Assembly: GCA_045589295.1 (NCBI GenBank)
Contig: JAZNOU010000021.1
Coordinates: 1 to 64,000 of the forward strand
From: Clostridia bacterium
Lineage (GTDB): Bacteria; Bacillota; Clostridia; RGIG6154
DNA: 64,000 nt
Reading direction: 5' to 3'
Under the pieces are notes generated by a model. It made no database searches. It worked only from the letters and a program-made list of their open reading frames with translations, and was not told the DNA's origin. Within the stretch, counting starts at the first letter, position 1, and every line of letters begins with the position of its first letter. A program made the translations under genes and the position numbers. Shown one piece after another: positions 51,040 through 62,263 of this stretch.

Positions 51040-52071
51040 TTATTTTTCCTGTTCATGTCTTCGTCGTAATTGTCCGCAAGATGCATCTATATCACTGCCT
51101 AGTTCACGTCTAACTGTAGTCGTAACACCATTTTGTTCCAAAACCGTTCTAAATGCAAGAATATCCTCAGGTGAACTTTTTACAAATCCAGTTTCTCTTA
51201 CACTGTTAACCGGTATCAAATTTATATGGCACAACATACCTTTAACAAGTTTTAACAATATTTTCGCAGTTTGCACGGAGTCGTTTACTCCACTTATCAA
51301 CGAGTATTCAAATGTTACTCTTCTGTTTGTTTTTTTAATATAGTAGTCTAGTGCATCAAACAACTGTTCCAAATTGTACTTTTTATTAACAGGCATAATT
51401 TTACTTCGCATTTCATCATTTGGTGCGTGAAGCGAAACCGATAATGTAACAGGAAGTCCCTCATCTGCAAGCAGTTTAATTTTAGGTACAATCCCACAAG
51501 TGGAAAGCGCAATATGTCTTGCACCAATATTCATTCCTGCATGATGATTGATATTCCTGATAAACTTAGTCACATTTTCATAATTATCAAGAGGCTCTCC
51601 CATACCCATAAGTACAATATTTGAGATTGTAACTCCACTGTCCTTTGCTGCAAAAATTACCTGATCGGCAATTTCACCTGCGGTAAGATCACGTACTTTA
51701 CCGCCTAAAGTAGAAGCACAAAACTTACAGCCCATATTACATCCAACCTGAGTTGATATACATATCGGATGACCATGCTTATACTCCATCAAAACACTTT
51801 CTATCGTTTCTCCATCCATAAGCTTAAACAAATACTTTATGGTAGCATCTTTAGAAACCTGTTTTCTTAAAATTTCCAACTTGGTGATAACGCAAGTACT
51901 GTCTAGCTTATCTCTTAATTCTTTTGAAAGATTTGTCATTTCATCAAAAGATTCTACGCCTTTATAAAGCCATTCATACACTTGTTTTGCGCGGTACTTC
52001 TTTTCCCCGATAGACAAAAAATATTCAGTTAGTTCATCAAAGGTAAAATCCTTTAATCTCACTTTTTCCAT
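51040..52071 (-). CDS. rlmN: 23S rRNA m2A2503 methyltransferase
   Basis: CNMGCKFC radical SAM motif, MGMGEP, SLHA, ASCGQL. Confidence 0.97.
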   Translation of the reverse strand: MEKVRLKDFTFDELTEYFLSIGEKKYRAKQVYEWLYKGVESFDEMTNLSKELRDKLDSTCVITKLEILRKQVSKDATIKYLFKLMDGETIESVLMEYKHGHPICISTQVGCNMGCKFCASTLGGKVRDLTAGEIADQVIFAAKDSGVTISNIVLMGMGEPLDNYENVTKFIRNINHHAGMNIGARHIALSTCGIVPKIKLLADEGLPVTLSVSLHAPNDEMRSKIMPVNKKYNLEQLFDALDYYIKKTNRRVTFEYSLISGVNDSVQTAKILLKLVKGMLCHINLIPVNSVRETGFVKSSPEDILAFRTVLEQNGVTTTVRRELGSDIDASCGQLRRRHEQEK

Positions 52072-52072
52072 A

Positions 52073-53329
52073 TCAAATTCCCTTTACAATTTTGCACATA
52101 TAAAATCCATCATGAAACTCCGACGGTAAAAGTTGAACTTCTTTTTCTTTTGAAAGTCCATCGCATTCATTTATAACTCGCTCAACAACACAAGAGTTTT
52201 CTTTACTGTTAATTGTACAGGTGCTATAAACAAGTTGTCCGCCTTTTTTTAAATATTTAATGCAATTTTTAAGTATATTGTACTGCAAATTACTAAGCGC
52301 CTCAAAATCTTGCTGAGCCCACTTTATGTCAGGCTTTTTGGAAATAACTCCCAAACCTGAACATGGTGCGTCAACAAGAATTTTATCAAATTTTTCTTCA
52401 AAATCAGGATTAAAAATCTCTCCGTCATTTACTTTTGTTTCAATTATAGTTATACCAAGGCGATTTGCAGTATTTTCAATCAACTTTGTTCTATGAGAAT
52501 GCAAATCACAAGACACAATTTTGCCTTTGTTTTGCATAAGTTGTGCCATGTAACATGATTTGCCTCCAGGGGCAGCGCAGATATCAAGCACAGTTTCGTT
52601 TGACTCAGGTTTAAGCAACTCTGCCGCCAAAGCTGAAGCCTTATCCTGTATGGTAAACAGTCCATCGTCAAAACCTTCTATTTTTATGTGCGCAAAATTT
52701 TTAATAATAAACACATTTTCATCATCAACAAACTCTGCTTTACTTTTTTCCAGTATTTCTAAAAAGCTTTCTTTGCTGATTTTCAGTAGATTAGGACGCA
52801 CAGAAATACCTTTGTTGATATTTGACAGTCTCATTATTTCTTCTGCTTTTTCAAAACCGTAGTCGTTTACAAATATTTCGGCAATCTCTTTTGGAAAAGA
52901 AAATCTTACCATTAAATTCTGCATTTGATCCTCAGGGTATAAAATCTTCCCTTTTTGCCTTGAAACATTTCGTAAAATTGCGTTTATAAATCCCTTAGCA
53001 CCGCTATTTGTATACTTATTAGCAAGTTTTACACTCTCATTACACGCCGCTGAATCTGGAATTTTATCAAGATACATTATTTGGTATATTCCAAGTCTTA
53101 AAATATTTTTAACGCTGTCCGAAAGTTTATTTTCCTTAATTTTTGAAAAAAGATTTCTTATATAATCAAGATTGTTTCTGTATCTCACAACACCATAAAT
53201 AAGTTCGGTAGCAAGAGCTTTTTCAGAAGCATCCAGAGGTGACAACGCCTTTTTAAGTTCAAGATTAATATACGTTTTATCTTTTTCGTATTTATTTAAA
53301 ACATTTAAAGCTAGTTCTCTTGCATTCAT
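52073..53329 (-). CDS. rsmB: 16S rRNA m5C967 methyltransferase
   Basis: NusB-like N-terminus, DICAAPGGKS, DAPCSG, YSTCT. Confidence 0.95.
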   Translation of the reverse strand: MNARELALNVLNKYEKDKTYINLELKKALSPLDASEKALATELIYGVVRYRNNLDYIRNLFSKIKENKLSDSVKNILRLGIYQIMYLDKIPDSAACNESVKLANKYTNSGAKGFINAILRNVSRQKGKILYPEDQMQNLMVRFSFPKEIAEIFVNDYGFEKAEEIMRLSNINKGISVRPNLLKISKESFLEILEKSKAEFVDDENVFIIKNFAHIKIEGFDDGLFTIQDKASALAAELLKPESNETVLDICAAPGGKSCYMAQLMQNKGKIVSCDLHSHRTKLIENTANRLGITIIETKVNDGEIFNPDFEEKFDKILVDAPCSGLGVISKKPDIKWAQQDFEALSNLQYNILKNCIKYLKKGGQLVYSTCTINSKENSCVVERVINECDGLSKEKEVQLLPSEFHDGFYMCKIVKGI

Positions 53330-53330
53330 A

Positions 53331-54011
53331 TCAATCATTTCTTCTTGCCAAGCCCAAAAGTCTTATAAGGTTTGCAAGCGCAACTATTGTTGCAGCAACA
53401 TATGTCATTGCCGCAGCAGATAACACATTTTTTGCACCTTTAAGTTCATCATCTGTTAAAATATATTGCTCCTCCATAACTGCCACAGCACGTCTGCTTG
53501 CGTTAAATTCAACAGGCAGTGTAACAATCTGAAAAAGTACAACTGCTGAAAAAAGAATTATTCCAAAATTAATCAGTGTGTCAAACGACATAATTATTCC
53601 TAAAATTACCAACGGAAATGCAAGAGTTGAGCCTAAGTTTGCAACAGGCAAAACGGCATTTCGCATTTTTATAGGCAAATATCCTTTGTTATGTTGTATT
53701 GCGTGTCCTGTTTCATGCGCCGCAACACCAAGTGCAGCAACAGATGTAGAGGAATAAACACCATCAGAAAGTCTAATCACCTTTGTTCTTGGGTCAAAAT
53801 GATCAGTAAGATTTCCTGAAACTCTTTCAATTGCTACATCATAAATTCCATACAAATCTAATATTTTCTGTGCAACTTGAGCACCAGTTATTCCTCTGTG
53901 GTTTATCACTTTACTGTATTTGCTAAATGTAGAAGTAACTCTACTTTGTGCAATCATTGCAATAATAATTGCAGGAAGAACATAAATTAAATATCCTGTA
54001 TCGAAGTACAT
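53331..54011 (-). CDS. Membrane zinc metallopeptidase (YugP-like)
   Basis: LTDHFDP, AAHETGHAIQH, TLPVEFNASRRA, AAAMTY. Confidence 0.93.
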   Translation of the reverse strand: MYFDTGYLIYVLPAIIIAMIAQSRVTSTFSKYSKVINHRGITGAQVAQKILDLYGIYDVAIERVSGNLTDHFDPRTKVIRLSDGVYSSTSVAALGVAAHETGHAIQHNKGYLPIKMRNAVLPVANLGSTLAFPLVILGIIMSFDTLINFGIILFSAVVLFQIVTLPVEFNASRRAVAVMEEQYILTDDELKGAKNVLSAAAMTYVAATIVALANLIRLLGLARRND

Positions 54012-54937
54012 AAATAAGCCTCCTTATTAAACTTATATCCTTTTAAAAATTCTTCTGCTGCCATTGGTTTTTTTCCTTCAGGCTGAATTAACTTTAATTC
54101 CAAAGATGTATTGTTTCCACACCCCACCTTAAAAATTCCATTTTGTGTATCAATTTCTCCAATTTTAAGATTAGAGGTGCAACATACATCTGCACTTAAT
54201 ATTTTTATAATTTTTCCGTCTAAATATGCCTTGGCACCGGGAGATGGATTAAGGCCTCTAATAAGGCAAGAGATTTTTCCTGCTTCCATAGAAAAATCAA
54301 TATAGCTCATTTCCTTTGAAATCATTGGTGCATAAGTCATTTCATTATGATTTTGCGGAATTCTTTCAAGGGTATTATCTTTGAGTTTTTCAATAGTTTC
54401 AGACAGTGCCTCCGAACCTAATGCAGAAAGTTTCTCAAACATAGTACCTGAAGTATCAGCACCTGAAATTTCTAGCTCTTTTACAACAAGCATATCACCA
54501 GTATCAAGTCCCTCATCCATAAGCATAGTTGTTACGCCTGTTTTCTTTTCACCATTTATGATGCTCCACTGAATTGGTGCTGCACCCCTGTACTTAGGTA
54601 AAAGTGAAGCATGAACGTTTATACATCCGTACTTCGGATAATTTAAAACAAAATCAGGTAAAATTCTTCCGTATGCAATAACAATTATAAGCTGAGGGTC
54701 AAGAGCCTCTAAAAGATTATGAAATTCTTCTGTTTTTACACTATCAGGTTGGAAAACTTCAAGACCATTTTCCAAAGCAAACTCTTTAACTGGTGGAGGT
54801 AATAATTTATATCCTCTACCCTTTTGCCTGTCAGGCTGGGAAATAACTCCAACAATTTCTATATCTTCTCTTTTTGTAAGCATTTCAAGACAAGGTACTG
54901 CAAAATCAGGAGTACCCATAAACAAAGTTTTAATCAT
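53987..54937 (-). CDS. fmt: Methionyl-tRNA formyltransferase
   Basis: FMGTPDFA, QPDR, NVHASLLPKYRGAAPIQ; start ATG 54937 overlapping def. Confidence 0.96.
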   Translation of the reverse strand: MIKTLFMGTPDFAVPCLEMLTKREDIEIVGVISQPDRQKGRGYKLLPPPVKEFALENGLEVFQPDSVKTEEFHNLLEALDPQLIIVIAYGRILPDFVLNYPKYGCINVHASLLPKYRGAAPIQWSIINGEKKTGVTTMLMDEGLDTGDMLVVKELEISGADTSGTMFEKLSALGSEALSETIEKLKDNTLERIPQNHNEMTYAPMISKEMSYIDFSMEAGKISCLIRGLNPSPGAKAYLDGKIIKILSADVCCTSNLKIGEIDTQNGIFKVGCGNNTSLELKLIQPEGKKPMAAEEFLKGYKFNKEAYLCTSIQDI

Positions 54938-55400
54938 CGTTGCCATCACCTTCGTAATCAGGGATAATTTTATCAACAAAAAGTGTTCCGCCCAAATGGT
55001 CATTTTCGTGACAAATTGCACGTGCTGCCAGACCTTTTACTGTCATTTCAAACTCTTTACCAAAACGGTCTTTAGCTTTGAATTTAACAATTGCAGGTCT
55101 TTCAACATAGCCATATTCACCGGGGCAGCTAAGACAGCCTTCCTGAGCAATGTGTTTACCCTTAGTATTAAGGATTTCGGGATTAATGCATTCCACAAGA
55201 CCTGTTTCTTCTGTTTCTATAATAAATACTCTTCTTAAAATACCTACCTGAGGCGCTGCTAGACCAACTCCCTGGGCTTCGTGCATTGTTTCTTTCATAT
55301 CATCAAGCAAATAATGAAGTCTGCCATCAAAATTTATAACTTCACGGCAGGTTTTTCTCAAAACTTCATCGCCTTTTTTTACTATATTTCTAATAGCCAT
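54930..55400 (-). CDS. def: Peptide deformylase
   Basis: GVGLAAPQVG, EGCLS, HENDH. Confidence 0.97.
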   Translation of the reverse strand: MAIRNIVKKGDEVLRKTCREVINFDGRLHYLLDDMKETMHEAQGVGLAAPQVGILRRVFIIETEETGLVECINPEILNTKGKHIAQEGCLSCPGEYGYVERPAIVKFKAKDRFGKEFEMTVKGLAARAICHENDHLGGTLFVDKIIPDYEGDGNDD

Positions 55401-55422
55401 ACCCTTGCTCCTTTTATATCAG

Positions 55423-57657
55423 TTACATCATATTATTGGGGTTTATATCAAGAGATACCGTAACATCTGCTTTATCTGTAACCTTTACAGCTTCCCTCAA
55501 AAATTCTCTTTCACGTTCGCCTGCGATAAGTTTAATAATAACACGCCATCTGAATTTATTGTTTATTCTTGACAGCGGTGCAGGCGCCGGTCCTATAATA
55601 TTAAACGCCACATCATTTGATTTAAATATCTCATTTATTCTCTTTGAGATATCAACAATGGTGTTTTTAACCTCATTACCATTTATTCCGCTTACAACAA
55701 TATTTACAATATCACCAAACGGAGGATACCCCATACTTTTTCTTAAATGTATTTCCTTTTTATAGAACTCCTTAAAGTCCTGATTTGAAGCACATTCTAT
55801 AACCCAATGATCAGGTGAATATGTCTGTATAATAGCTCTGCCTGCGGTATCGCCTCTTCCTGCTCTTCCACAGACTTGTGTTATAAGCTGAAATGTTCTT
55901 TCCGCCGCCTGATAATCATCAACATAAAGCATCATATCGGCAGCCAAAACTCCTACCAAAGAAACATTTGGAAAATCAAGTCCCTTTGTTATCATTTGTG
56001 TGCCTACAAGTATATCGATTTTTTCCTCACTAAACTTTTTTAAGATTTTATGATGTGAAAGTTTTTCCCTTGTAGTATCATTATCCATTCTAATAACTGC
56101 AGCATCAGGGAAAAGTCTTTTTAATTCTTCTTCAACTTTTTGAGTGCCAATACCAAAATGTCTTATAGCACTGCTTTTACATTTAGGACAAACTGAATAG
56201 TTTTTTATGGTATATCCGCAATAATGACATACTAATGTATCATTAAATTTATGATATGTCATTGCAATTCCGCATTCAGGACAAATTGCCGCATATCCGC
56301 AACTTCTGCAAGAAACAAATGTTGAAAAACCTCGTCTGTTTAAAAACAAAATAGTCTGCTCACCATTGTTAATATTTTTACGTATTTCTTCCTGCAACGC
56401 AGAACTTAAAAACGATTTGTTGCCATTTGAAAGTTCATATCTCAAATCAACAATATTTACCTCAGGCAAACTGACATTATTATATCGGTTTTTAATCTGT
56501 AAAAGTTCCAAATCACCATTTACTGCTCTGTAAGCACTTTTCATACTTGGTGTTGCAGATGCAAGTACTAGTGGTGCGTTTTCAAATCTGCAGATTTGTT
56601 CAGCGACCTCTCTTGCATCATATTTAGGTGACATATCCGATTTGTATGAGTTTTCATGTTCCTCGTCTACCACAATAATTCCAATATTATCGATAGGTGT
56701 AAAAATAGCAGACCGTGCGCCCACAACAACATCAACTTCACCGGATTTAATTTTATTCCAGCAATCAAATCTTTCGCCGATAGAAAGCCCGCTATGAAAA
56801 ATAGCAACTCTTTCACCAAGACGACTCTTAAATCTTTCAGACATCTGTGGCGTAAGCGAAATTTCGGGTACCAATATTATTGCCTTTTTATTATTCTTGA
56901 CAGCATGAGCTACCGCTTGAAGATACACCTCAGTTTTACCGCTTCCGGTAATTCCTCGCAACAATATGCCCGCATACTTATCACTGTCAACTTTTTCACA
57001 TATAAAATCAATAGCCTTTTTCTGCTCATCATTTGGCATTAAAGGCTGCGTTCTTACAATATTTTCTTCTTTAAACGGATTTCTTTCAACTGCCTTGTCG
57101 AACACAGAAATATACCCTTTTTTTTCAAGGGTTGAAATTGTGGTTCTGGTTGTCATAGCAAGCTCGCCCAAATGAACAACAGGAATTTCCCCCAGTTGAT
57201 TGAGCAAGTCTAAAACTCTTGCCTGAGCAGGAGCTTTTCTCTCAAGTTCAGATAAAATTTCACAATATATTTCAGGTTCAATACAAACTCTTGCGAACTT
57301 AAGGAGTTTATCACCGTAACCGATATATCCTTTGTTTTTAGACATCGCACCCGGCGGAAGTAGTTCCTTCAGGCAATCGTAATATGTGCAAACACATCTG
57401 TTATGCATCCATTTTAACAAAGTTACATCTCGCTCGGTCAAAATTGTATCCAAAACCGTATCAATTCTTTTTAGTTTTTCACTTTCTTCCGTTTCGCCAA
57501 AACCTATAACAACACCATCAGTTTTTGTGTTTCCCTTTCCAAAAGGCACAATCACGTGTGAACCGATTTGTGCATCATCAAAAAGGTAATCAAAACATTT
57601 ATCCACAGCTTTCGATGGATTGTTTATTATTACTTTGGCTACTTTTACAAGGCTCAT
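55423..57657 (-). CDS. priA: Primosomal protein N'
   Basis: GITGSGKTEVY, DEEH, SATP, eight-Cys zinc region, GRAGR. Confidence 0.96.
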   Translation of the reverse strand: MSLVKVAKVIINNPSKAVDKCFDYLFDDAQIGSHVIVPFGKGNTKTDGVVIGFGETEESEKLKRIDTVLDTILTERDVTLLKWMHNRCVCTYYDCLKELLPPGAMSKNKGYIGYGDKLLKFARVCIEPEIYCEILSELERKAPAQARVLDLLNQLGEIPVVHLGELAMTTRTTISTLEKKGYISVFDKAVERNPFKEENIVRTQPLMPNDEQKKAIDFICEKVDSDKYAGILLRGITGSGKTEVYLQAVAHAVKNNKKAIILVPEISLTPQMSERFKSRLGERVAIFHSGLSIGERFDCWNKIKSGEVDVVVGARSAIFTPIDNIGIIVVDEEHENSYKSDMSPKYDAREVAEQICRFENAPLVLASATPSMKSAYRAVNGDLELLQIKNRYNNVSLPEVNIVDLRYELSNGNKSFLSSALQEEIRKNINNGEQTILFLNRRGFSTFVSCRSCGYAAICPECGIAMTYHKFNDTLVCHYCGYTIKNYSVCPKCKSSAIRHFGIGTQKVEEELKRLFPDAAVIRMDNDTTREKLSHHKILKKFSEEKIDILVGTQMITKGLDFPNVSLVGVLAADMMLYVDDYQAAERTFQLITQVCGRAGRGDTAGRAIIQTYSPDHWVIECASNQDFKEFYKKEIHLRKSMGYPPFGDIVNIVVSGINGNEVKNTIVDISKRINEIFKSNDVAFNIIGPAPAPLSRINNKFRWRVIIKLIAGEREREFLREAVKVTDKADVTVSLDINPNNMM

Positions 57658-57664
57658 ATTAAAA

Positions 57665-57880
57665 TCAGTCAATAATATCTACTTTACCTTCTGCGATTTC
57701 GTGAACGGCAACAGAAACAGGTTTATCGCAAATCTTTTCGTACTCTGTAAGCACATCTGAACGTGATTCTGCTAATTCTCCTGAGATTGCTCTTGCTCTT
57801 TTAGCAACCGCCAAAACAAGTGAATAACGGCATGCGCCATTAGCTTTTTCAATAAGTGATGATAGTGTTGGGTATAACAT
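57665..57880 (-). CDS. rpoZ: RNA polymerase omega subunit
   Basis: MLYP, RYSLV.AVAKRAR, KPVSVA..EI. Confidence 0.93.
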   Translation of the reverse strand: MLYPTLSSLIEKANGACRYSLVLAVAKRARAISGELAESRSDVLTEYEKICDKPVSVAVHEIAEGKVDIID

Positions 57881-57883
57881 AAT

Positions 57884-58489
57884 TTATTCCTCCTGTAAAT
57901 TTAAATTACATCTTTCTGTTCTTAATTTTTCTACTTCAATAATTTTATTTATTTTTTCCACTGCATTTTCAACAGTGTCATTTACAATATAATAGTTATA
58001 TTTGTTTGCAAATTCTAATTCCCTACGAGCTGTAATAAGACGTTTTTCAACAACATCTTGTGATTCTGTTCCCCTGCCTTCAAGTCTTTTTCTTAACTCT
58101 TCCATTGAAGGCGGAAGAATGAATATGTAAACACCCTCGGGGTGTTTTGCTTTTATTTGCATTGCTCCTTGCACTTCGATTTCCAAAACAACGTCTTTGC
58201 CCTGCTTTATACAATCAAAAACAGGTTTTTTAGGTGTACCATATCTTTTACCGCAAAAATCTGCCCACTCTAAAAAATAATCTTCTTTGATAAGTTGATT
58301 AAATTTTTCCTCATCAAAAAAATGATATGACTTCCCGTCAATTTCACCTTCACGTGGTTTTCTGGTGGTAGCAGATACAGATAAAAATGCATCCTCTTTT
58401 TGTTTAAAATATTCTTTGCAGATAGTTCCCTTCCCGACACCTGATGGACCTGAAATTACTACCAGTATGCCTTCTTTAGTATTAAGCAT
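57884..58489 (-). CDS. gmk: Guanylate kinase
   Basis: [25 protein letters not shown]. Confidence 0.97.
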   Translation of the reverse strand: MLNTKEGILVVISGPSGVGKGTICKEYFKQKEDAFLSVSATTRKPREGEIDGKSYHFFDEEKFNQLIKEDYFLEWADFCGKRYGTPKKPVFDCIKQGKDVVLEIEVQGAMQIKAKHPEGVYIFILPPSMEELRKRLEGRGTESQDVVEKRLITARRELEFANKYNYYIVNDTVENAVEKINKIIEVEKLRTERCNLNLQEE

Positions 58490-58736
58490 TTTTACCTCCG
58501 TTCATCTGTTCAATACGTTGTGTGATTGTATCTGGCATAAGTGCTGACAATATAATATGACCACTTTCAAATACCAAAACCGCCCTTGTACGTCTGCCAC
58601 ATGTACCATCAACAAGTTTAAACATTTCTTTTGCCTGTTGCATAAGCCTTTTTATCGGTGCAGAATCGGGAGATACAACAGAAATAAGCTTGTCTGCTGA
58701 TATCACGTTTCCATATCCTATGTTAATTAAATTCAT
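58482..58736 (-). CDS. remA: DUF370 / RemA family regulator
   Basis: [28 protein letters not shown]. Confidence 0.92.
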   Translation of the reverse strand: MNLINIGYGNVISADKLISVVSPDSAPIKRLMQQAKEMFKLVDGTCGRRTRAVLVFESGHIILSALMPDTITQRIEQMNGGKNA

Positions 58737-58746
58737 AATACTCACC

Positions 58747-59622
58747 TTATTCTATATTCTGAATTTGTTCTCTTATCTTTTCAATCTCGTTCTTAACATT
58801 AACTACATATGATGAAATTTTAAGTTCGTTTGACTTAGAACCTATTGTATTGATTTCCCTGTTCATTTCCTGAACTAAAAAGTCAAACTTCTTTCCAACA
58901 GGTTCATTGCTCTCCAAAAGGTCCGCAGCAGCTTTTAAATGACTCTTTAATCTTACAGTTTCTTCGTCCACACAAACTTTATCTGTATAGATTGCAACTT
59001 CCTGAATAATTCTGTTTTCGTCTATAACTGAATTTTCAAGGGCTTCTGTAATCTTAGCAAAAAGTTTCTGCTTATAAACCTCAATATTAAGGGGAACAAG
59101 CTGTTCTATTTCAGAAACAGTATTTTCTATAATTGAGAGCTTACTCAAAATATCATTTTTAAGTCTTGCACCCTCTTCTTCTCTCATAGCTGTATGATTA
59201 GCAAAACATTCTCTCAAAACAGGCTCCAGATATTTCCAAATTTCTTCCTCAGACTGTTCTTCGTGTTCAATTTTAACAATATCACTGTTTAAAAATCTTG
59301 TGGCACACAAATCATATGTAATATCAAGTTCCTCACATAACTGTTTAAAAGCAACAGTGTAAGACTGAGCAAGTTCTTTATCTAAAACTACTTTTTTGCC
59401 TGAATTTTCTTTTGAGTTTACAGAAATATAAACGTCAATTTTTCCACGGGAAATATATTCTGCCAAAAGCTTTTTAATTTTATCTTCGGCAAACATAAAA
59501 TATCTTGGGCTTTTTACGTTTACATCAAAATAGCGATTATTTACAGAGCGAACTTCAACCGTAATTTCTCGTTCTTCTGTAACATTCTGTCCTTTACCAT
59601 AGCCTGTCATACTTTTTATCAC
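58747..59622 (-). CDS. yloC: YicC/YloC family endoribonuclease
   Basis: [34 protein letters not shown]; probable GTG start at 59622. Confidence 0.94.
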   Translation of the reverse strand: MIKSMTGYGKGQNVTEEREITVEVRSVNNRYFDVNVKSPRYFMFAEDKIKKLLAEYISRGKIDVYISVNSKENSGKKVVLDKELAQSYTVAFKQLCEELDITYDLCATRFLNSDIVKIEHEEQSEEEIWKYLEPVLRECFANHTAMREEEGARLKNDILSKLSIIENTVSEIEQLVPLNIEVYKQKLFAKITEALENSVIDENRIIQEVAIYTDKVCVDEETVRLKSHLKAAADLLESNEPVGKKFDFLVQEMNREINTIGSKSNELKISSYVVNVKNEIEKIREQIQNIE

Positions 59623-59724
59623 TACAAAATCACCCACTTTATAATTATACATACTCATTATAACACAAAATTTCAAAAAAATAAATAGATTTCATGAAAA
59701 TATTCCAAAAACACTCTAAAATAC

Positions 59725-59753
59725 TTGAAAATCAGCATAAAAATGTGTATAAT
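59725..59753 (+). promoter_or_regulatory. SigA promoter of rlmD
   Basis: TTGAAA, 17 bp, TGn-TATAAT. Confidence 0.75.
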
Positions 59754-59782
59754 ACTACTAAACTTTTTTATGGAGATTTTGT

Positions 59783-61087
59783 ATGGTTAAAAAAAACAAA
59801 ACATATACAGATACAGTTGCAGGTTTTGGTGCAGACGGCGAAGGTGTTGTAAAACACGAAGGATTCCCCGTCTTTGTTCCGTTTGCCTTAGAGGGTGAGA
59901 AAATTGAATATAAAGTTGTTAAAGTTTTAAAAAATCATGCATTTGGAAAACTTTTAAAGGTCATTACCCCATCTGCTTCAAGAACAGTTCCTTGTTGTGA
60001 TATATTTTATAAATGCGGAGGTTGTTCACTTTTACACATTAACTACCAAAAGCAACTTGAAATTAAAAAAGACAATGTAATTAGTTGTATGAAAAAATAT
60101 TCAGGTAATGAAACTATTGTCAATGACGTTATTCCATGCAAAAACATTTACAACTACAGAAACAAAGCTCAATATCCAATAAAAGACGGCAAATGCGGAT
60201 TTTACGCTTTAAGAAGTCACGACATTGTACCTCTTGAAACCTGTAAAATTCAAAATACAGATGACCAAAAAATAATAAAAACCGTCCTTGCATATATTAA
60301 AATCACAAGTTCGTCCATAAAGCACATATATACACGTTATGGCAAAAACGAGTGTATGGTTGTTCTTGTCTCTAAATCAGAAAAACTTAAAAACTCTGAC
60401 CTGTTAATACAAAAATTACTTGAAACAAGCAATAAAATTACAAGTGTAATTTTAAATGTAAACAAGGAAGATACAAATGTAATTTTAGGCAAAAAAAATA
60501 TTACGCTTTATGGGAAAAGCACTATTACCGCATCAATTGGCAATCTTGATTTTGAAATCTCTCCCCTTTCTTTTTTTCAGGTGAACAGCACTCAAACAGA
60601 AGTTTTGTATGAAACCGCAAAAACACTTGCAAATTTCAAAAAAACTGACTGCATAATAGATTTGTATTGCGGGACTGGCTCAATCGGTCTTTATATGGCA
60701 GACAGTGTCAAAAGTGTGCTTGGCGTTGAAATTATTGAAGACGCAGTAATAAATGCTCAAAATAATGCAAAATTAAATAATATACAAAACACAAAATTTG
60801 TATGCGGTGCGGCGGAAACTTTAATGCCTGAAATTATTAAAAAAGAAGGCAAAATCGACGGAGTTATCTTAGACCCACCAAGAAAAGGCTGTGATGAACT
60901 TCTTCTGAATTGTCTGCTTGAAACAAATATTGAAAAAATTCTTTATATTTCATGCAATCCATCAACACTTGCAAGAGATATAAAAGTTCTATCACAAAAA
61001 TACACACCATCTGCAATTACTCCTGTCGACATGTTTCCCAACACAAGTCATGTGGAGTGCGTATGTTGCTTAACAAAACATAAATAG
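59783..61087 (+). CDS. rlmD: 23S rRNA m5U1939 methyltransferase
   Basis: TRAM domain, CGGC, SFFQVN, DLYCGTG, DPPRKG, YISCNP, DMFPNT.HVE. Confidence 0.94.
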   Translation: MVKKNKTYTDTVAGFGADGEGVVKHEGFPVFVPFALEGEKIEYKVVKVLKNHAFGKLLKVITPSASRTVPCCDIFYKCGGCSLLHINYQKQLEIKKDNVISCMKKYSGNETIVNDVIPCKNIYNYRNKAQYPIKDGKCGFYALRSHDIVPLETCKIQNTDDQKIIKTVLAYIKITSSSIKHIYTRYGKNECMVVLVSKSEKLKNSDLLIQKLLETSNKITSVILNVNKEDTNVILGKKNITLYGKSTITASIGNLDFEISPLSFFQVNSTQTEVLYETAKTLANFKKTDCIIDLYCGTGSIGLYMADSVKSVLGVEIIEDAVINAQNNAKLNNIQNTKFVCGAAETLMPEIIKKEGKIDGVILDPPRKGCDELLLNCLLETNIEKILYISCNPSTLARDIKVLSQKYTPSAITPVDMFPNTSHVECVCCLTKHK

Positions 61088-61102
61088 ATTTTTAAATTTA
61101 GA

Positions 61103-61131
61103 TTGATTTATTTTGAAAAAAATGTTATAAT
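61103..61131 (+). promoter_or_regulatory. SigA promoter of the oadB-like unit
   Basis: TTGATT, 17 bp, TGn-TATAAT. Confidence 0.7.
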
Positions 61132-61160
61132 TTATCATCTTTTACTTAATGGAGGTTAAA

Positions 61161-62249
61161 ATGGAAATTCTTTATTCAAACATTCTGCAAATTGAATGGC
61201 AACAAGTTGTTATGTGGCTGATAGGTGGAATTTTAATCTATCTTGCAATTAAGAAAGATATGGAACCAACCTTGCTTCTCCCTATGGGTTTTGGGGCAAT
61301 TTTAGTAAACCTTCCCCACTCAGGTGCAGTTGAAACTTTGGAGACTCTTTTTAATGCAGGTATTGCCAACGAACTTTTCCCGCTTATACTTTTTATCGGT
61401 ATCGGCGCAATGATTGACTTTGGTCCGCTCCTTTCAAACCCTAAACTTATGATTTTTGGTGCGGCAGCTCAATTTGGTATCTTTTTCACTCTCTGCCTTG
61501 CTTCAATGTTCTTTGATTTGAACGATGCCGCTTCAATTGGTGTTATAGGCGCTGCCGATGGTCCTACTTCAATCGTAGTAGCTCAGGCTCTTAATTCTAA
61601 ATATGTCGGCGCAATTATGGTTGCTGCATATTCATATATGGCTCTTGTTCCAATTATTCAACCGCCAGTAATCAAGCTTCTTACTACAAAAAAAGAACGT
61701 ATGATAAGAATGCCTTATTCTACAACTTCTGTTTCAAAAACAACCAAGATTCTTTTCCCAATTATAATCACTGTTATTGCAGGCTTAGTTGCTCCCGAAT
61801 CAGTTGCGTTGGTAGGTTTCTTAATGTTTGGTAACTTAATTCGAGAATGCGGAGTATTAAACTCACTTTCAGAAACAGCACAAAAAGTTTTAGCAAATCT
61901 TATTACTATTTTCTTAGGTATAACAATAGCACTTCGTATGCAGGCTGCAGAATTTTTACAACCTGAAACCCTTTTGATTTTAGGCCTTGGATTATTCGCA
62001 TTTATATTTGATACTGCTGGTGGCGTTTTATTTGCAAAGTTTTTAAATCTGTTTACCAAAAAGAAAATTAACCCAATGATTGGTGCAGCCGGAATTTCAG
62101 CTTTCCCAATGTCAGGAAGAGTTGTTCATAAAATGGCTTTAAAAGAAGACTCACAAAACTTCTTACTCATGCATTCAATGGGTGTTAACGTTTCAGGTCA
62201 GATTGCTTCTGTTATTGCGGGCGGTCTTATTCTTAAATTCTTTATGTAA
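61161..62249 (+). CDS. Sodium-translocating decarboxylase beta subunit (OadB/GcdB/MmdB family)
   Basis: EPTLLLPMGFG, GAAAQFG, IGAADGPT, AAYSYMALVPIIQPP, NPMIGAAG. Confidence 0.94.
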   Translation: MEILYSNILQIEWQQVVMWLIGGILIYLAIKKDMEPTLLLPMGFGAILVNLPHSGAVETLETLFNAGIANELFPLILFIGIGAMIDFGPLLSNPKLMIFGAAAQFGIFFTLCLASMFFDLNDAASIGVIGAADGPTSIVVAQALNSKYVGAIMVAAYSYMALVPIIQPPVIKLLTTKKERMIRMPYSTTSVSKTTKILFPIIITVIAGLVAPESVALVGFLMFGNLIRECGVLNSLSETAQKVLANLITIFLGITIALRMQAAEFLQPETLLILGLGLFAFIFDTAGGVLFAKFLNLFTKKKINPMIGAAGISAFPMSGRVVHKMALKEDSQNFLLMHSMGVNVSGQIASVIAGGLILKFFM

Positions 62250-62263
62250 CAGGAGGTATTGAT

